NCBI GenBank assembly: GCA_045586685.1
Contig: JAZNAU010000042.1
Span: 7,822 to 71,821 of the forward strand
Direction of reading: 5' to 3'
DNA length: 64,000 bases
From: Clostridia bacterium
Lineage (GTDB): Bacteria > Bacillota > Clostridia > HGM11514
The stretch's first letter is position 1; every line of letters begins with the position of its first letter. Made by a program: the position numbers and the translations under genes. The notes beneath the pieces were generated by a model. That model was not told the DNA's origin and searched no databases. It was given only the letters and a program-made list of their open reading frames with translations. Shown in pieces: positions 29,998-40,443 of this stretch.

Positions 29998-31146
29998 CGA
30001 TATAAATTTTTGATACTGTTCCGGTGTCATAAACACGCAATTTTTTGTTTTTAAAAATTTCACAATGGTTTCCAATTCTTTAAAAGACTGGTCATCCCAC
30101 TGCCCCGGATGAGCCTGTATCACAAAATAAGGCAATTCTTTCACAAACTCATACCGTGCAAAAAACAACTGACTGCTTACAATGCCCGTACCGGTTTCAA
30201 TTTCACAAATGTGATCAGAAGATAAATTTAACGCATGAAGCCGACTATTGGTATCGTGCATAAACATAACAGTTTGAATCTGAGGAAACTCGCAATTTAA
30301 CACCGATATGGTATCTTCGTTATTTTGATTATAGGATGCACTAAAGCAAGTTGTACGGTATTGAAGCACTGTTTCCATCAAATCATAAGTTTTACAAATA
30401 ATGTCCCGTTGTTCCTTATAAGTAGATGCAGGTGTTTCTTTTAAAGCAGCAAACTCACCCGCTGAATGATCGTATCCATGAATCCAAAGCTGATGACCTG
30501 CCAAAATCCAGCTTTTTATCAATGAAATTTGATTTTGATATTTTTTAGGATTTGTCTTGGCATCCTCAAGCCATTTCCCCAAAATACCCGCTGTAGCGGG
30601 AATCCCTTCTTTAGATAGATAGGACATTGCTTTGTTAAAACGAGCCGTTTGATTCCCTACAGTTGGCCGCAAATCATCAAACTTAAACACGATTACTTGT
30701 GCCGGAAGCAAGGCATCTTCTGCAACTGGACAACAAATTTCCATAGAATCCTTCCATAAAATGTAAGCCTTTATTTTGTCGGCCCGTTTCAGGTTGTCCA
30801 ATCTGAATTGATAATTCGTTACTCCTGAGGACAACATCCCTGTATATAACACCTGTGATTGCTGTAATTCTCCATTGGAAAAAGCAGCAACCGCAACAAT
30901 GGTTTCTTCCGTTTGAGAAGAACGGTCGGTAACGGATACAGTACCCTCAACCACAGTATCGTTCATCAACTCTGTCTGTGTTGTCATTCCGTCAATCATC
31001 ACCTCAACCGAAACTGCTTCTAAAATTGTCATGTCATCTATCGCTAAAACGGGTTGTTTCATACCAATTCCGACACAAACCAACAATATTCCCCATAAAA
31101 ATAGTACAATCCGTCTCATACTTTGTCCTCTCTCAGCATTATCCAC
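29995..31146 (-). CDS. secreted/membrane-anchored polysaccharide deacetylase-like (DUF2334/NodB-like) protein
   Basis: N-terminal signal-anchor (MRRIVLFLWGILLVCVGIG). The start is probably at 31119. A beta-rich N-domain is followed by a deacetylase-like domain (VFKFDDL, HGYDHS). Confidence 0.55.
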   Translation of the reverse strand: MDNAERGQSMRRIVLFLWGILLVCVGIGMKQPVLAIDDMTILEAVSVEVMIDGMTTQTELMNDTVVEGTVSVTDRSSQTEETIVAVAAFSNGELQQSQVLYTGMLSSGVTNYQFRLDNLKRADKIKAYILWKDSMEICCPVAEDALLPAQVIVFKFDDLRPTVGNQTARFNKAMSYLSKEGIPATAGILGKWLEDAKTNPKKYQNQISLIKSWILAGHQLWIHGYDHSAGEFAALKETPASTYKEQRDIICKTYDLMETVLQYRTTCFSASYNQNNEDTISVLNCEFPQIQTVMFMHDTNSRLHALNLSSDHICEIETGTGIVSSQLFFARYEFVKELPYFVIQAHPGQWDDQSFKELETIVKFLKTKNCVFMTPEQYQKFIS

Positions 31147-31250
31147 AATCTATTGTGTTGTACCGACTAAAACACACATATATATTGTACCTTGTTTTTT
31201 ACAGTTTGTCAACAAGAAAATTAAAATTTGATTAAAAAATTTTTACAAAC

Positions 31251-31290
31251 AAATAAAAAATCCGGTCATATAAATGACCGGATTTGGGTT
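31251..31290 (-). terminator. rho-independent terminator downstream of rplA
   Basis: Minus-strand hairpin AAAUCCGGUCAUuuauAUGACCGGAUUUUUUAUUU. Confidence 0.65.
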
Positions 31291-31298
31291 ATTGTTAA

Positions 31299-31994
31299 TT
31301 AGTCACCTACACGGGCAGGATTGATTTTAATTCCAGGGCCCATTGTAGAAGAAATAGCAACACTCTTAAGGTACTGTCCTTTTGCTGCAGCAGGTTTTGC
31401 TTTAACCAATGCATCCATCAGAGTGTCTAAGTTTTCCTTCAGTTTTTCAGGACCAAAGGATACTTTTCCAATGGGGCAGTGAGTAATATTAGTTTTGTCA
31501 AGACGGTATTCAATTTTACCGGCTTTAATATCATTGATAGCCTTTGCAACGTCCATTGTAACGGTACCGGCTTTCGGGTTAGGCATCAAGCCTTTGGGAC
31601 CCAGAACCTTACCCAGACGACCTACCAGACCCATCATATCAGGGGTAGCAACGATGATATCGAAATCAAACCAGTTTTCGCTCTGAATTTTCTGCACCAT
31701 GTCCTCTGCACCTACAAAATCTGCACCGGCATCTTTTGCTTCTGTTTCTTTTTCACCTTTAGCAAATACCAAAACACGAACAGTTTTGCCTGTTCCGTGA
31801 GGCAGGACAACTGCACCTCTTACCTGCTGATCAGCATGTCTGGAGTCAACACCCAGCTTTACATGAACTTCAACAGTTTCGTCAAATTTCGCTTTACCGG
31901 TTTTTACAACCAAATCAACTGCTTCTGCAGGATCGTATAATTTGCTTTTATCAATCAGTTTTGCACTTTCTTGATATTTCTTTCCTCTTTTCAA
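31299..31994 (-). CDS. rplA: 50S ribosomal protein L1
   Basis: 231 aa with unmistakable L1 sequence ([13 protein letters not shown]...). Confidence 0.97.
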   Translation of the reverse strand: MKRGKKYQESAKLIDKSKLYDPAEAVDLVVKTGKAKFDETVEVHVKLGVDSRHADQQVRGAVVLPHGTGKTVRVLVFAKGEKETEAKDAGADFVGAEDMVQKIQSENWFDFDIIVATPDMMGLVGRLGKVLGPKGLMPNPKAGTVTMDVAKAINDIKAGKIEYRLDKTNITHCPIGKVSFGPEKLKENLDTLMDALVKAKPAAAKGQYLKSVAISSTMGPGIKINPARVGD

Positions 31995-32123
31995 ATTGCT
32001 CTACTCCTTTCGTGGTAACACGGAACCCTTCCGGTTCCTCCCACAAGATTACGGGATTTTCTTCGCATAGCTAAAGTTTCTTCCCGCAAAAGAATACTTT
32101 GGCGAAGGGTTGACTTATAAATC
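31995..32123 (-). promoter_or_regulatory. rplK-rplA intergenic leader with candidate L1-binding 23S-rRNA mimic hairpin
   Basis: Minus-strand GGGAGGAACCGGAAGGGUUCCG stem-loop (+32004-32032). A near-identical motif occurs again upstream of rplK. Confidence 0.4.
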
Positions 32124-32549
32124 TCAGTCTACTACAACAATGCCCATACTTCTTGCCGTTCCGGCAATCATGCTCATTGCCGCATCAATATCAGCAGCAT
32201 TCAAATCAGGCATTTTCGTTTCAGCAATTTGGCGAACTGCATCCTTAGTGATATTAGCCACCTTGGTTTTGTTCGGCACGCCGGAAGCCTTATCGATTTT
32301 ACAAGCCTTCTTAATCAGTACAGCAGCGGGAGGAGTCTTTGTCACGAAAGAGAAAGATCTGTCCGCATACACTGTGATGACAACAGGAATTACCAGACCG
32401 GCATCCTTTGCTGTCTTTTCGTTGAATTCCTTACAAAATCCCATAATGTTTACACCGTGCTGACCCAGTGCAGGACCAACAGGGGGTGCCGGAGTTGCTT
32501 TACCGGCAGGAATTTGCAATTTAATGAAACCAACAACCTTTTGAGCCAT
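32124..32549 (-). CDS. rplK: 50S ribosomal protein L11
   Basis: 141 aa ([29 protein letters not shown]...). Confidence 0.97.
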   Translation of the reverse strand: MAQKVVGFIKLQIPAGKATPAPPVGPALGQHGVNIMGFCKEFNEKTAKDAGLVIPVVITVYADRSFSFVTKTPPAAVLIKKACKIDKASGVPNKTKVANITKDAVRQIAETKMPDLNAADIDAAMSMIAGTARSMGIVVVD

Positions 32550-32667
32550 AGTTTATTGCACCTCCTTAAAATGTGGTAAATGGCGGAACGGTTCATCCGT
32601 TCCTCCCACCTATAACAAACGGCCGATGCCGAATATTATCTTAACAATTCTGCTTGTCCAAAGCAGA
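32550..32667 (-). promoter_or_regulatory. rplK leader with second GGGAGGAACGG...CCGUUCC hairpin (candidate L1 autoregulatory site)
   Basis: Minus-strand GGGAGGAACGGAUGAACCGUUCCGCC (+32582-32607), then an AGGAGGTG RBS. Confidence 0.4.
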
Positions 32668-33189
32668 CTATACCAAAAGTTCCACCTGATCAAATTCCAG
32701 TTCAACCGGAGTTTCTCTGCCGAACATAGAAACACAGACACGAACCTTTTTCTTTTCCATGCTAATTTCTTCTACCACACCGATAAAGCTTTCCAGAGGT
32801 CCATCTACCACCTTCACGCTATCACCAACATGATAATCAATGGAAATAATTTTTGTTTCGATACCCATATTTGCCGCTTCATCATCAGTCAGAGGCACAG
32901 GTTTGCTTCCGGGTCCAACAAACCCGGTAACACCTCTGGTATTACGAACGATATACCATGTTTCGTCCGTCATTACCATTTTAACCATTACATAAGTTGG
33001 AAACTTTTTGCGGATAGATACCTTTTTTTGTCCATCCTTCATTTCCACAACTTCTTCCATGGGAACCTGAACATCCACTACCAAGTCTTCCATGTTACGA
33101 TTTTTAGCGGTCAACTCAATACCGTCTCTTACTTTGTTTTCATATCCCGTCAGGGTATGAACTACATACCATTTTGCGTTCTCTGCCAT
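32668..33189 (-). CDS. nusG: transcription termination/antitermination factor NusG
   Basis: 173 aa with NGN and KOW domains (WYVVHTLTGYENKV ...). Confidence 0.95.
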   Translation of the reverse strand: MAENAKWYVVHTLTGYENKVRDGIELTAKNRNMEDLVVDVQVPMEEVVEMKDGQKKVSIRKKFPTYVMVKMVMTDETWYIVRNTRGVTGFVGPGSKPVPLTDDEAANMGIETKIISIDYHVGDSVKVVDGPLESFIGVVEEISMEKKKVRVCVSMFGRETPVELEFDQVELLV

Positions 33190-33236
33190 TGTTGCAGGAA
33201 GCCGGTCGGCCTCCGCACCTCCTTTTGCTTTCTAAA

Positions 33237-33455
33237 TTAAGCTAAATTCAACAGTGCTTTCAGTCCCAGACTGAATACCCAGTCCAAAGCTGCAAGACAA
33301 AGACCTACAATAATAATGGTAATCAAAACAACTGTAGTATCCTTTCTTACTTTAGAGAAGCTGGGCCAGATTACCTTTTTCAGTTCCGCCCAAACACTTT
33401 TGAAGTATTTTCCGATTCTTTGAAATAAATTCATTTTTTCCGCAGCTGCTGCCAT
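33237..33455 (-). CDS. secE: preprotein translocase subunit SecE
   Basis: 72 aa, single TM. The secE-nusG-rplK-rplA order is conserved. Confidence 0.9.
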   Translation of the reverse strand: MAAAAEKMNLFQRIGKYFKSVWAELKKVIWPSFSKVRKDTTVVLITIIIVGLCLAALDWVFSLGLKALLNLA

Positions 33456-33483
33456 GGTATGAATCCCTCCTGCCTAAAATAAA

Positions 33484-33633
33484 CTATTTGGTTTCTTTGT
33501 GAGCTGTGTGTTTCTTGCAGAATCTGCAATACTTGCTCAACTCCAGTCTGTCGGGAGTATTCTTCTTGTTCTTTATTGTGTTGTAATTTCTCTGTTTGCA
33601 TTCTGTGCAAGCTAATGTAATTTTTACTCTCAT
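33484..33633 (-). CDS. rpmG: 50S ribosomal protein L33
   Basis: Hand-translated as [49 protein letters not shown]: 49 aa with a Cys4 zinc ribbon. A GGAGGTG RBS is upstream. It is not in the ORF track because it is under 60 aa. Confidence 0.9.
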   Translation of the reverse strand: MRVKITLACTECKQRNYNTIKNKKNTPDRLELSKYCRFCKKHTAHKETK

Positions 33634-33857
33634 CGGTGCACCTCCTACCTACTTTCTACCGAGTAAATACGAAATTTGAACATAAAAAATAAGCCTTTTC
33701 GTACCCAAGTATAAATAATGATACCATATTTTCGCAAATTAGTCAAGAGTTTTTCAAAATATTTTTTTGAAAACCACTTTTAAGTGGAATTATGACAAAA
33801 AAATTCTAAATAGGATATAATATTATTAGAAAAAATTTATTTCAAGGAGAATTTCAC

Positions 33858-35207
33858 ATGAGGAACTATTCAGCAATTACTTCGGAAATTTATTATTTAG
33901 CAGAGCTTTGTAAACAAAACAGTAACATTGACCCTGAGCTTTATCAGGTTCATCAGGTAAAGCGAGGATTGCGAGATTTAGACGGAAAAGGTGTTGTGAC
34001 AGGTCTGACAGAAATTTCTACCATTATTTCCTCAAAAAACAATGCCCCTTGCGAGGGAAAACTTTACTATCGCGGGTGTAACATTCATGACCTGGTACAG
34101 GGTTTTATGAAAGACAACCGATTCGGCTTTGAAGAAACGGTATATTTGCTGTTGTTTGGAAAACTGCCCAATCAAGAAGAACTGGAACAATTTGAAAAGC
34201 TTCTGGTGTCTTACCGCATCCTTCCTACCAATTTTGTGCGTGATGTAATTATGAAGGCTCCCAATCAGGATATTATGAATTCTCTTGCAAGAAGTGTATT
34301 AACCTTGTATTCCTACGATAAAAACTCAAATGACACAAGTCTGCCAAATGTCCTTCGCCAGTGCATTCAGTTGATTGCAAACTTCCCTGCCCTTTCGGTT
34401 TACGCTTATCAGGCATACCGTCATTATGGAAAAGGAAAGGGGTTATATATTCATCGTCCGGACCCAAATTTATCTACAGCAGAAAATATCCTACGGATGT
34501 TAAGACCAGATAAAAAATACACTGCACTGGAAACAAAAATTTTAGATTTAGCTTTAGTCCTCCACGCAGAGCACGGTGGGGGAAACAATTCTACCTTTAC
34601 TACTCATGTAGTCACCTCATCCGGAACGGACACCTATTCTTCTACAGCCGCCTCCCTCTGTTCCTTAAAAGGACCGAAACATGGCGGTGCCAATATTAAA
34701 GTAACTCAGATGTTCAATGATATGAAGCAACAAGTGCGTCATTGGGATGACAAAGAAGAAATTAAGGATTATCTAAACAAATTATTAAATAAGGAAGCCT
34801 TTGATAACGCAGGCTTGATTTACGGAATGGGACATGCTGTTTACTCCCTGTCCGACCCCAGAGCCAATATTTTCAGAGACTTTGTAGAACAACTTTCAAA
34901 AGAAAAGGGGAAAACCAAGGAGTTTCAGTTGTATTCCATTGTAGAACAGCTGGCTCCAAAAGTAATCGGAGAGAAACGAAAGATTTATAAAGGAGTCAGC
35001 GCCAATGTGGACTTTTACAGTGGCTTTGTCTATTCCATGTTGGACTTACCTGAAGAACTGTACACTCCCGTTTTTGCCATTGCAAGAATTGCAGGTTGGA
35101 GCGCTCACAGAATGGAAGAATTGATTAACGCAAATAAAATCATTCGCCCCGCTTATAAATCTGTATCGGAAAGAACACCTTATATTCCTCTTAAGGACAG
35201 AAAATAA
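33858..35207 (+). CDS. citrate synthase
   Basis: 449 aa with active-site blocks HAEHGGGN, YGMGHAVY and NVDFYSG. Confidence 0.9.
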   Translation: MRNYSAITSEIYYLAELCKQNSNIDPELYQVHQVKRGLRDLDGKGVVTGLTEISTIISSKNNAPCEGKLYYRGCNIHDLVQGFMKDNRFGFEETVYLLLFGKLPNQEELEQFEKLLVSYRILPTNFVRDVIMKAPNQDIMNSLARSVLTLYSYDKNSNDTSLPNVLRQCIQLIANFPALSVYAYQAYRHYGKGKGLYIHRPDPNLSTAENILRMLRPDKKYTALETKILDLALVLHAEHGGGNNSTFTTHVVTSSGTDTYSSTAASLCSLKGPKHGGANIKVTQMFNDMKQQVRHWDDKEEIKDYLNKLLNKEAFDNAGLIYGMGHAVYSLSDPRANIFRDFVEQLSKEKGKTKEFQLYSIVEQLAPKVIGEKRKIYKGVSANVDFYSGFVYSMLDLPEELYTPVFAIARIAGWSAHRMEELINANKIIRPAYKSVSERTPYIPLKDRK

Positions 35208-35219
35208 TGTTTTGATAAA

Positions 35220-35264
35220 GGAGCTGTAGCAAAATAAACTCTTTTTGCCACAGCTCCCTTTTTC
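35220..35264 (+). terminator. terminator after citrate synthase
   Basis: GGAGCTGTagc...gccACAGCTCC hairpin with a T-rich tail. Confidence 0.5.
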
Positions 35265-35958
35265 AACCCATCATAACAGAAATTAAATAAATCAATGCCA
35301 AATGGAGGGGATAATACACATAAAACAAATATTTCATCTTCCATGTTCCCCGTTTTCCGTTATAGAACGCAAGAAAAATCAAAGAAAGCAAAGAATACCA
35401 CTGAATACCTCCAAAAGATAATGCAACAAAAACCAACCCAATTGCTGTCAATGTTAATTTCCCCAATTTTGTTTTAGAAAGATAAATGAACACCGGAACC
35501 ATTACGCCCCAAAAATCATAATCAATCTTAAAATCGGTATCAGACAGTTTTTCAGGCAAAAGTTCTGTCACAAAGAAAACACCCATAAGAAAAATGCAAA
35601 GTAAAATCATTCCGGCTCCGCTTCGTTTTTGCAATGTGTAATCAATCAAATAAATCAATCCAATGGATAAGGAAAAGGTAACTAAAATACACTGATACAA
35701 TGAACCTTGAGCAAAAAAATACACAACCTGACATACAATCGCCAAGCCTGTCATCATACCCAGATAGTGTTTTCTGTTTTTGGTATACGTGCACCCTTCT
35801 GCAATCATATAGGCAAAAATGGGAAACGCCAGTCTGCCGATGATTCGAAAGACAGTCAATTCCGGAAATAATACCATACCCAGATGATCCGCCGTCATAG
35901 CAATCAGTGCAATAATTTTTAATTGATTTCCTGTAAATATCCCCTTCATTTTTATCAC
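35263..35958 (-). CDS. TraX family membrane protein
   Basis: 231 aa polytopic membrane protein. The N-terminal LKIIALIAMTADHLG is typical of TraX/acyltransferase-3-like proteins. Confidence 0.7.
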   Translation of the reverse strand: MIKMKGIFTGNQLKIIALIAMTADHLGMVLFPELTVFRIIGRLAFPIFAYMIAEGCTYTKNRKHYLGMMTGLAIVCQVVYFFAQGSLYQCILVTFSLSIGLIYLIDYTLQKRSGAGMILLCIFLMGVFFVTELLPEKLSDTDFKIDYDFWGVMVPVFIYLSKTKLGKLTLTAIGLVFVALSFGGIQWYSLLSLIFLAFYNGKRGTWKMKYLFYVYYPLHLALIYLISVMMG

Positions 35959-35961
35959 CTG

Positions 35962-36486
35962 TTATTTTATGTAGTCAATTAGCTCATTCACTGCTGTTTT
36001 CTCGGTAAAATCTCCGTCTGTATCACATAACCTCACCAAAAGCTGTTCCATTTCTGTTGGATTTTCTTTAGAGGACATGATTATCTTCAATGTTTTCAAT
36101 GCTGTTCTGTGAACAGGAGATAGCTCCTCTAAAATCATTTTTCCCAGGAAATTGAATACTCGAATCCTCTCTCTTATTTCGGGTTTGAAATTCTTTTCTA
36201 TAACCATTTTGTCGTAATAGTCCCGACAGTCAAGAGGAGTAATCCCCGTTGTATAAACCACCAATCTTTTCCCTTCCAGCTTTGTCATGTTTTTGGTAAT
36301 TAAAGTCACTCCGTTAATCACCTCTGCGTACAAACCGCCACCATAAATCACGGTATCATACGCCTGTAAATCCTCAATCTTTACTTCTTTCGCATCCCGT
36401 ACAGGACAACCTAAAGCTGTTCCAATCCACTGTGCATAGGTTTTTGTAGAACCGTATTTGGTTTTATAAATGACGATTGGGTTCAT
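35962..36486 (-). CDS. flavodoxin-like domain protein
   Basis: 174 aa. The N-terminal IVIYKTKYGSTKTYAQWI is a flavodoxin-like phosphate-binding loop. Confidence 0.65.
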   Translation of the reverse strand: MNPIVIYKTKYGSTKTYAQWIGTALGCPVRDAKEVKIEDLQAYDTVIYGGGLYAEVINGVTLITKNMTKLEGKRLVVYTTGITPLDCRDYYDKMVIEKNFKPEIRERIRVFNFLGKMILEELSPVHRTALKTLKIIMSSKENPTEMEQLLVRLCDTDGDFTEKTAVNELIDYIK

Positions 36487-36558
36487 GTTATGCCTCCTAT
36501 CTTTTTTCCGACATCATATGCCTGGTACATTTCAATTATGAATGAATCTTCCCTGTTT

Positions 36559-37914
36559 TTATTTTCCGCAAGATAAACTTTGTTGAAGCTGTGTAACTAC
36601 TTCTACATGAGAAGTTCTTGGGAACATATCATACGGATAGACCGCATCAGACTTATAACCCGATTCAGAAAACAATTTCATATCACGGGCAAGGGTTGCA
36701 GGATTACAGGAAACATACACAATCCGCTTTGGGCCGATCTGCAAAATGGTTTCAATCAATTCCGGAGAACAACCCTGACGTGGCGGGTCAATAACCGCTA
36801 CATCAATAGATGTATCCTGAAAACGATTCACGGTATCTTTTGCATCACCGCAGAAAAAGCTTGCGTTTGCAATTCCGTTTCTTTTTGCATTCTCCCGGGC
36901 ATTTTCCACCGCCTGAGGAACAATTTCAACACCATAAACCTCTTTTGCCCTCTTTGCAAAGAGGAGGGTCATGGTCCCGATTCCGCAATATAAATCCAAA
37001 ACGGTGTCTTGTTCCGTTAGCTCTGATAATTCCAACGCTTTTTGATATAACTGCTCTGTCTGAGCATGGTTAATTTGAAAAAAGGAATGGGGAGAAATCA
37101 AAAATTCCAGTCCGCATAAACGGTCGGTAATCGTACCGTCCCCCAGCAATGGAATCATCTCTTTCCCAAGGACTACATTGGTTTTCTCCAAGTTGATATT
37201 TTGCACCACCGTGACAGCCTCTCCCAAAGCTTTTTTCATTTTTTCACAAAGGCGTTCTTTGTCAGGGAGATTCTTTCCGTTTGTAACAATACAAACCATA
37301 GTTTTTTCTGTTCCATATCGTAAATACAGATGTCGAATCAAACCACGATGAGTCTTCTCGTCATAAGAATTAACACCCGTTTCCTTCATATATTCCAACA
37401 ATGCTTTTGAAGTTGCATCCGTTCGTTTGTCCTGAATTAAGCAGTTTTGACAAGATACCAATCTATGAGAACGGGACGCATAAAAACCGACAACTGCTTC
37501 ATCGTTTTCTGTTCCCACAGGAAGCTGTGCTTTGTTACGGTAATGAAACTGATTGGAAGAAGGCATTACATCAAATACCTGCACATCAAGCCCCCCAATT
37601 CGTTCCATCGCATCGCTTACTAACTGCTTTTTAAATCGTAGTTCTTCCTCGTATGACATATGCCGAAGATGACATCCTCCACATTGAGGATAAGAAACAC
37701 AATCCAAATCCCTTCTCTGGGCAGAAGGCTCTATCAGCTTTACTATTTTTCCGTAGGCATAGTGTTTATTTACCTTTAACAACTGTATTTGAGCAGTTTC
37801 TCCTTTAAGCATTCCTGCTACAAATACAACAAATCCGTCCGTACGGCAAACACCTGCTCCTTCACTGGTATAACCATGGGCAGTCAATGTCAGGACTTCA
37901 TTTTTTTGTGGCAT
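36559..37914 (-). CDS. rlmD: 23S rRNA (uracil-5-)-methyltransferase RlmD/RumA family
   Basis: TRAM domain, an Fe-S Cys cluster (CVSYPQCGGCHLRHMSY) and a class I SAM MTase C-terminus (DPPRQG). Confidence 0.85.
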   Translation of the reverse strand: MPQKNEVLTLTAHGYTSEGAGVCRTDGFVVFVAGMLKGETAQIQLLKVNKHYAYGKIVKLIEPSAQRRDLDCVSYPQCGGCHLRHMSYEEELRFKKQLVSDAMERIGGLDVQVFDVMPSSNQFHYRNKAQLPVGTENDEAVVGFYASRSHRLVSCQNCLIQDKRTDATSKALLEYMKETGVNSYDEKTHRGLIRHLYLRYGTEKTMVCIVTNGKNLPDKERLCEKMKKALGEAVTVVQNINLEKTNVVLGKEMIPLLGDGTITDRLCGLEFLISPHSFFQINHAQTEQLYQKALELSELTEQDTVLDLYCGIGTMTLLFAKRAKEVYGVEIVPQAVENARENAKRNGIANASFFCGDAKDTVNRFQDTSIDVAVIDPPRQGCSPELIETILQIGPKRIVYVSCNPATLARDMKLFSESGYKSDAVYPYDMFPRTSHVEVVTQLQQSLSCGK

Positions 37915-37917
37915 ACG

Positions 37918-38841
37918 TTATCTCACAGCCTTTCGTAACCTTTCCAAAATGGTTTCCATATAGTCGGGAACAGGACATGAAAAAATCATTTTTTCCCCAC
38001 GTACGGGATGAACAAATCCAATTTGTACCGCATGGAGGGCTTGGGTGTGCAGTCCAAAAGGATTTTTCCCTCCGCTATATACTTCATCTCCAATAACGGG
38101 ATGACCGATATGCTGCATATGAACTCTGATTTGGTGAGTTCTTCCTGTTTCCAACCGACACTCCACGAAGGTATATTCTCCAAACCGTTCCAATACTCTG
38201 TAATGAGTAACAGCGGAACGGGAATTTTTCTGAGTCACGCACATTTTTTTTCGTTGGGTGGGATGTCTTCCGATGGGAGCGTCCACAGTTCCTTCGTCCT
38301 CTCGAAGATTCCCCCGCACAAGGCATACATACACCCGACGACAGGTTTTTTCTTTAATTTGTTCAGCAAGACTCAAATGAGCTTCATTGGTTTTGGCAAC
38401 CACAATCAAACCGCTGGTGTCCTTGTCAAGCCGATGAACAATTCCCGGGCGAATCACCCCGTTTATTCCCGAAAGCTTTCCTTTTGCATGAAACAGCACC
38501 GCATTCACCAACGTTCCCGATTCGTTCCCTGCAGCGGGATGCACCACCATTCCTTTTGGCTTGTTGATGACCATTAGTTCTTCATCTTCAAACACAACAT
38601 CCAAAGGAATGTCCTCCGGTTTTACCTCCAATTCCTGAGGAGGAGGCACAGTAACAGTAATTTCATCTGAGGGCACAACCTTCAGACAAGTTCGTACCTT
38701 TTTGCCATTACAAACAACCTTCCCTTCTTCAATTAACCGTTGCACGTAAGAACGGGTCATTTCCTCGCAAACAAGGCTGATATATTTATCAATTCGTTCA
38801 GGCTCAGCGTTTTGAGGAACAATAAAAGTTTTTTCCTTCAT
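37918..38841 (-). CDS. rluD: RluA-family pseudouridine synthase (RluD-like) with S4 domain
   Basis: HRLDKDTSG catalytic motif. The start was chosen at MKEKTF, where its ATGA overlaps the lspA stop. Confidence 0.9.
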   Translation of the reverse strand: MKEKTFIVPQNAEPERIDKYISLVCEEMTRSYVQRLIEEGKVVCNGKKVRTCLKVVPSDEITVTVPPPQELEVKPEDIPLDVVFEDEELMVINKPKGMVVHPAAGNESGTLVNAVLFHAKGKLSGINGVIRPGIVHRLDKDTSGLIVVAKTNEAHLSLAEQIKEKTCRRVYVCLVRGNLREDEGTVDAPIGRHPTQRKKMCVTQKNSRSAVTHYRVLERFGEYTFVECRLETGRTHQIRVHMQHIGHPVIGDEVYSGGKNPFGLHTQALHAVQIGFVHPVRGEKMIFSCPVPDYMETILERLRKAVR

Positions 38842-39323
38842 TGGGTTTTCCCTCGCAAAATATATATTCCAAGCACAAGCATTCCTACCACAATACAGCA
38901 ATCCGCCACATTGAACACAGGAAACGAAATAAACCGAACCTCCAAAAAGTCAATCACATAAGATAAACGGATACGGTCAATCAAATTCCCCACCGCTCCT
39001 GCCATTACAGCAGAACCGCTTGTCAACAGAATGGGATTGGTTATTTTACTATGTAGCAAATACCAAACAGCGCCTATCAATACAAGGACCGTCAGCCCCA
39101 AAAGCAACCATTTCTGCCCCTGTAAAATCCCAAAAGCGGCACCTGTGTTTCGCACATAAGTAAGAGAAAATATTCCGTCTATGACATCTATAAATCCTTT
39201 TGGTTGTAATTTCGTTTGTGCCCAATGTTTGGTTAGCTGATCAATAGCAATAATGATGATCCCAAACCACAAATAAGGCAGTAACAACCTGAAAGAAAGT
39301 TCTTTTTTCTTTATTTCTTCCAT
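38838..39323 (-). CDS. lspA: lipoprotein signal peptidase II
   Basis: Four TM with the conserved NTGAAFG and FNVAD motifs. The start was chosen at MEEIKK. Confidence 0.9.
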   Translation of the reverse strand: MEEIKKKELSFRLLLPYLWFGIIIIAIDQLTKHWAQTKLQPKGFIDVIDGIFSLTYVRNTGAAFGILQGQKWLLLGLTVLVLIGAVWYLLHSKITNPILLTSGSAVMAGAVGNLIDRIRLSYVIDFLEVRFISFPVFNVADCCIVVGMLVLGIYILRGKTQ

Positions 39324-40381
39324 ATTGCCTCCAATCCCCAAAGCACTGCCTCTTCGGGTACATCGTTTCTTAACTGTACATTCCCTAAATCAAGAGGAAG
39401 AACAAATTTCAGTTTTCCATCTTCCTGTTTTTTGTCCCCCTTCATGGCAGTTAGAATGGTTTCCTTTTCACACGCGGGAAGCTCTTCCATCAATCCCAAT
39501 GCGCGGATTAGTGCTATCACTTCTTCACTTTTTTGAAACAAGCCCATAAATTCTGCGGTACGGCACGCGGAAATCATTCCTAAGGAAACCGCCTCTCCAT
39601 GATAAATTTCATGATTGGTTGCAGTTTCATAAGCATGGCCAAAAGTATGACCAAGATTCAAAATGGCGCGAAGTCCCTGCTCCCGTTCATCCTTTGCCAC
39701 AATTTTTGCTTTAATTTCACAGCAATATCCAACAATTTCTGCCAGAACATCGCTATCGCGAGCCTCAATCTTCTCTTTACGGGTCATCAAATCAGAGTAC
39801 AATGGCTCTCCTTCCAGCACAGCATATTTTGCCACCTCTCCAAGACCCGTTTTATAGTCCCGCATGGATAGAGTTTCCAAGGTTTTCAGATTGGCAAATA
39901 CTAATTTTGGCTGATAAAACGCTCCTATAATATTTTTTACGGAATGAAAATTTACACCCGTTTTCCCACCCACACTGGAATCCACTTGTGCAAGCAAGGT
40001 GGTGGGGACTTGGACAAAGGAAATACCCCGCATAAAAGATGCTGCTGCAAATCCTGTAATATCTCCCACGATACCCCCACCTAAAGCAAGAAGGGTTCCC
40101 TTACGGTCAAAACGATTGCTCATCAGGGATTCATAAATTTCCGAAATGGTTGTGAGCGTTTTACAGTCCTCTCCTCCGTCTATTTCATGCCATGTAAGAG
40201 AAAATTCCTTTAGTTCTTCCTCAAGCTGTTCTCCATACAGTTTACGGATATTGGGTTCGGTGATTACCATGATTTTCTGGTGTACCCCAACGGTTTTTAG
40301 TTCCTGTGCCAGACCATAAAAACTATCTGTCAGAACAATGGGATAGCTGTTTTCATTCAAATCTATCCTGATTCGTTTCAT
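39311..40381 (-). CDS. aroB: 3-dehydroquinate synthase
   Basis: 356 aa with the GGGIVGD NAD-binding block and metal-binding His residues. Confidence 0.9.
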   Translation of the reverse strand: MKRIRIDLNENSYPIVLTDSFYGLAQELKTVGVHQKIMVITEPNIRKLYGEQLEEELKEFSLTWHEIDGGEDCKTLTTISEIYESLMSNRFDRKGTLLALGGGIVGDITGFAAASFMRGISFVQVPTTLLAQVDSSVGGKTGVNFHSVKNIIGAFYQPKLVFANLKTLETLSMRDYKTGLGEVAKYAVLEGEPLYSDLMTRKEKIEARDSDVLAEIVGYCCEIKAKIVAKDEREQGLRAILNLGHTFGHAYETATNHEIYHGEAVSLGMISACRTAEFMGLFQKSEEVIALIRALGLMEELPACEKETILTAMKGDKKQEDGKLKFVLPLDLGNVQLRNDVPEEAVLWGLEAIWKK

Positions 40382-40443
40382 TTGTCTATCACTCCCGGTA
40401 ACAATAGTGGGCGAACTACCCGTCCGCCCACAGATCGATTTTT

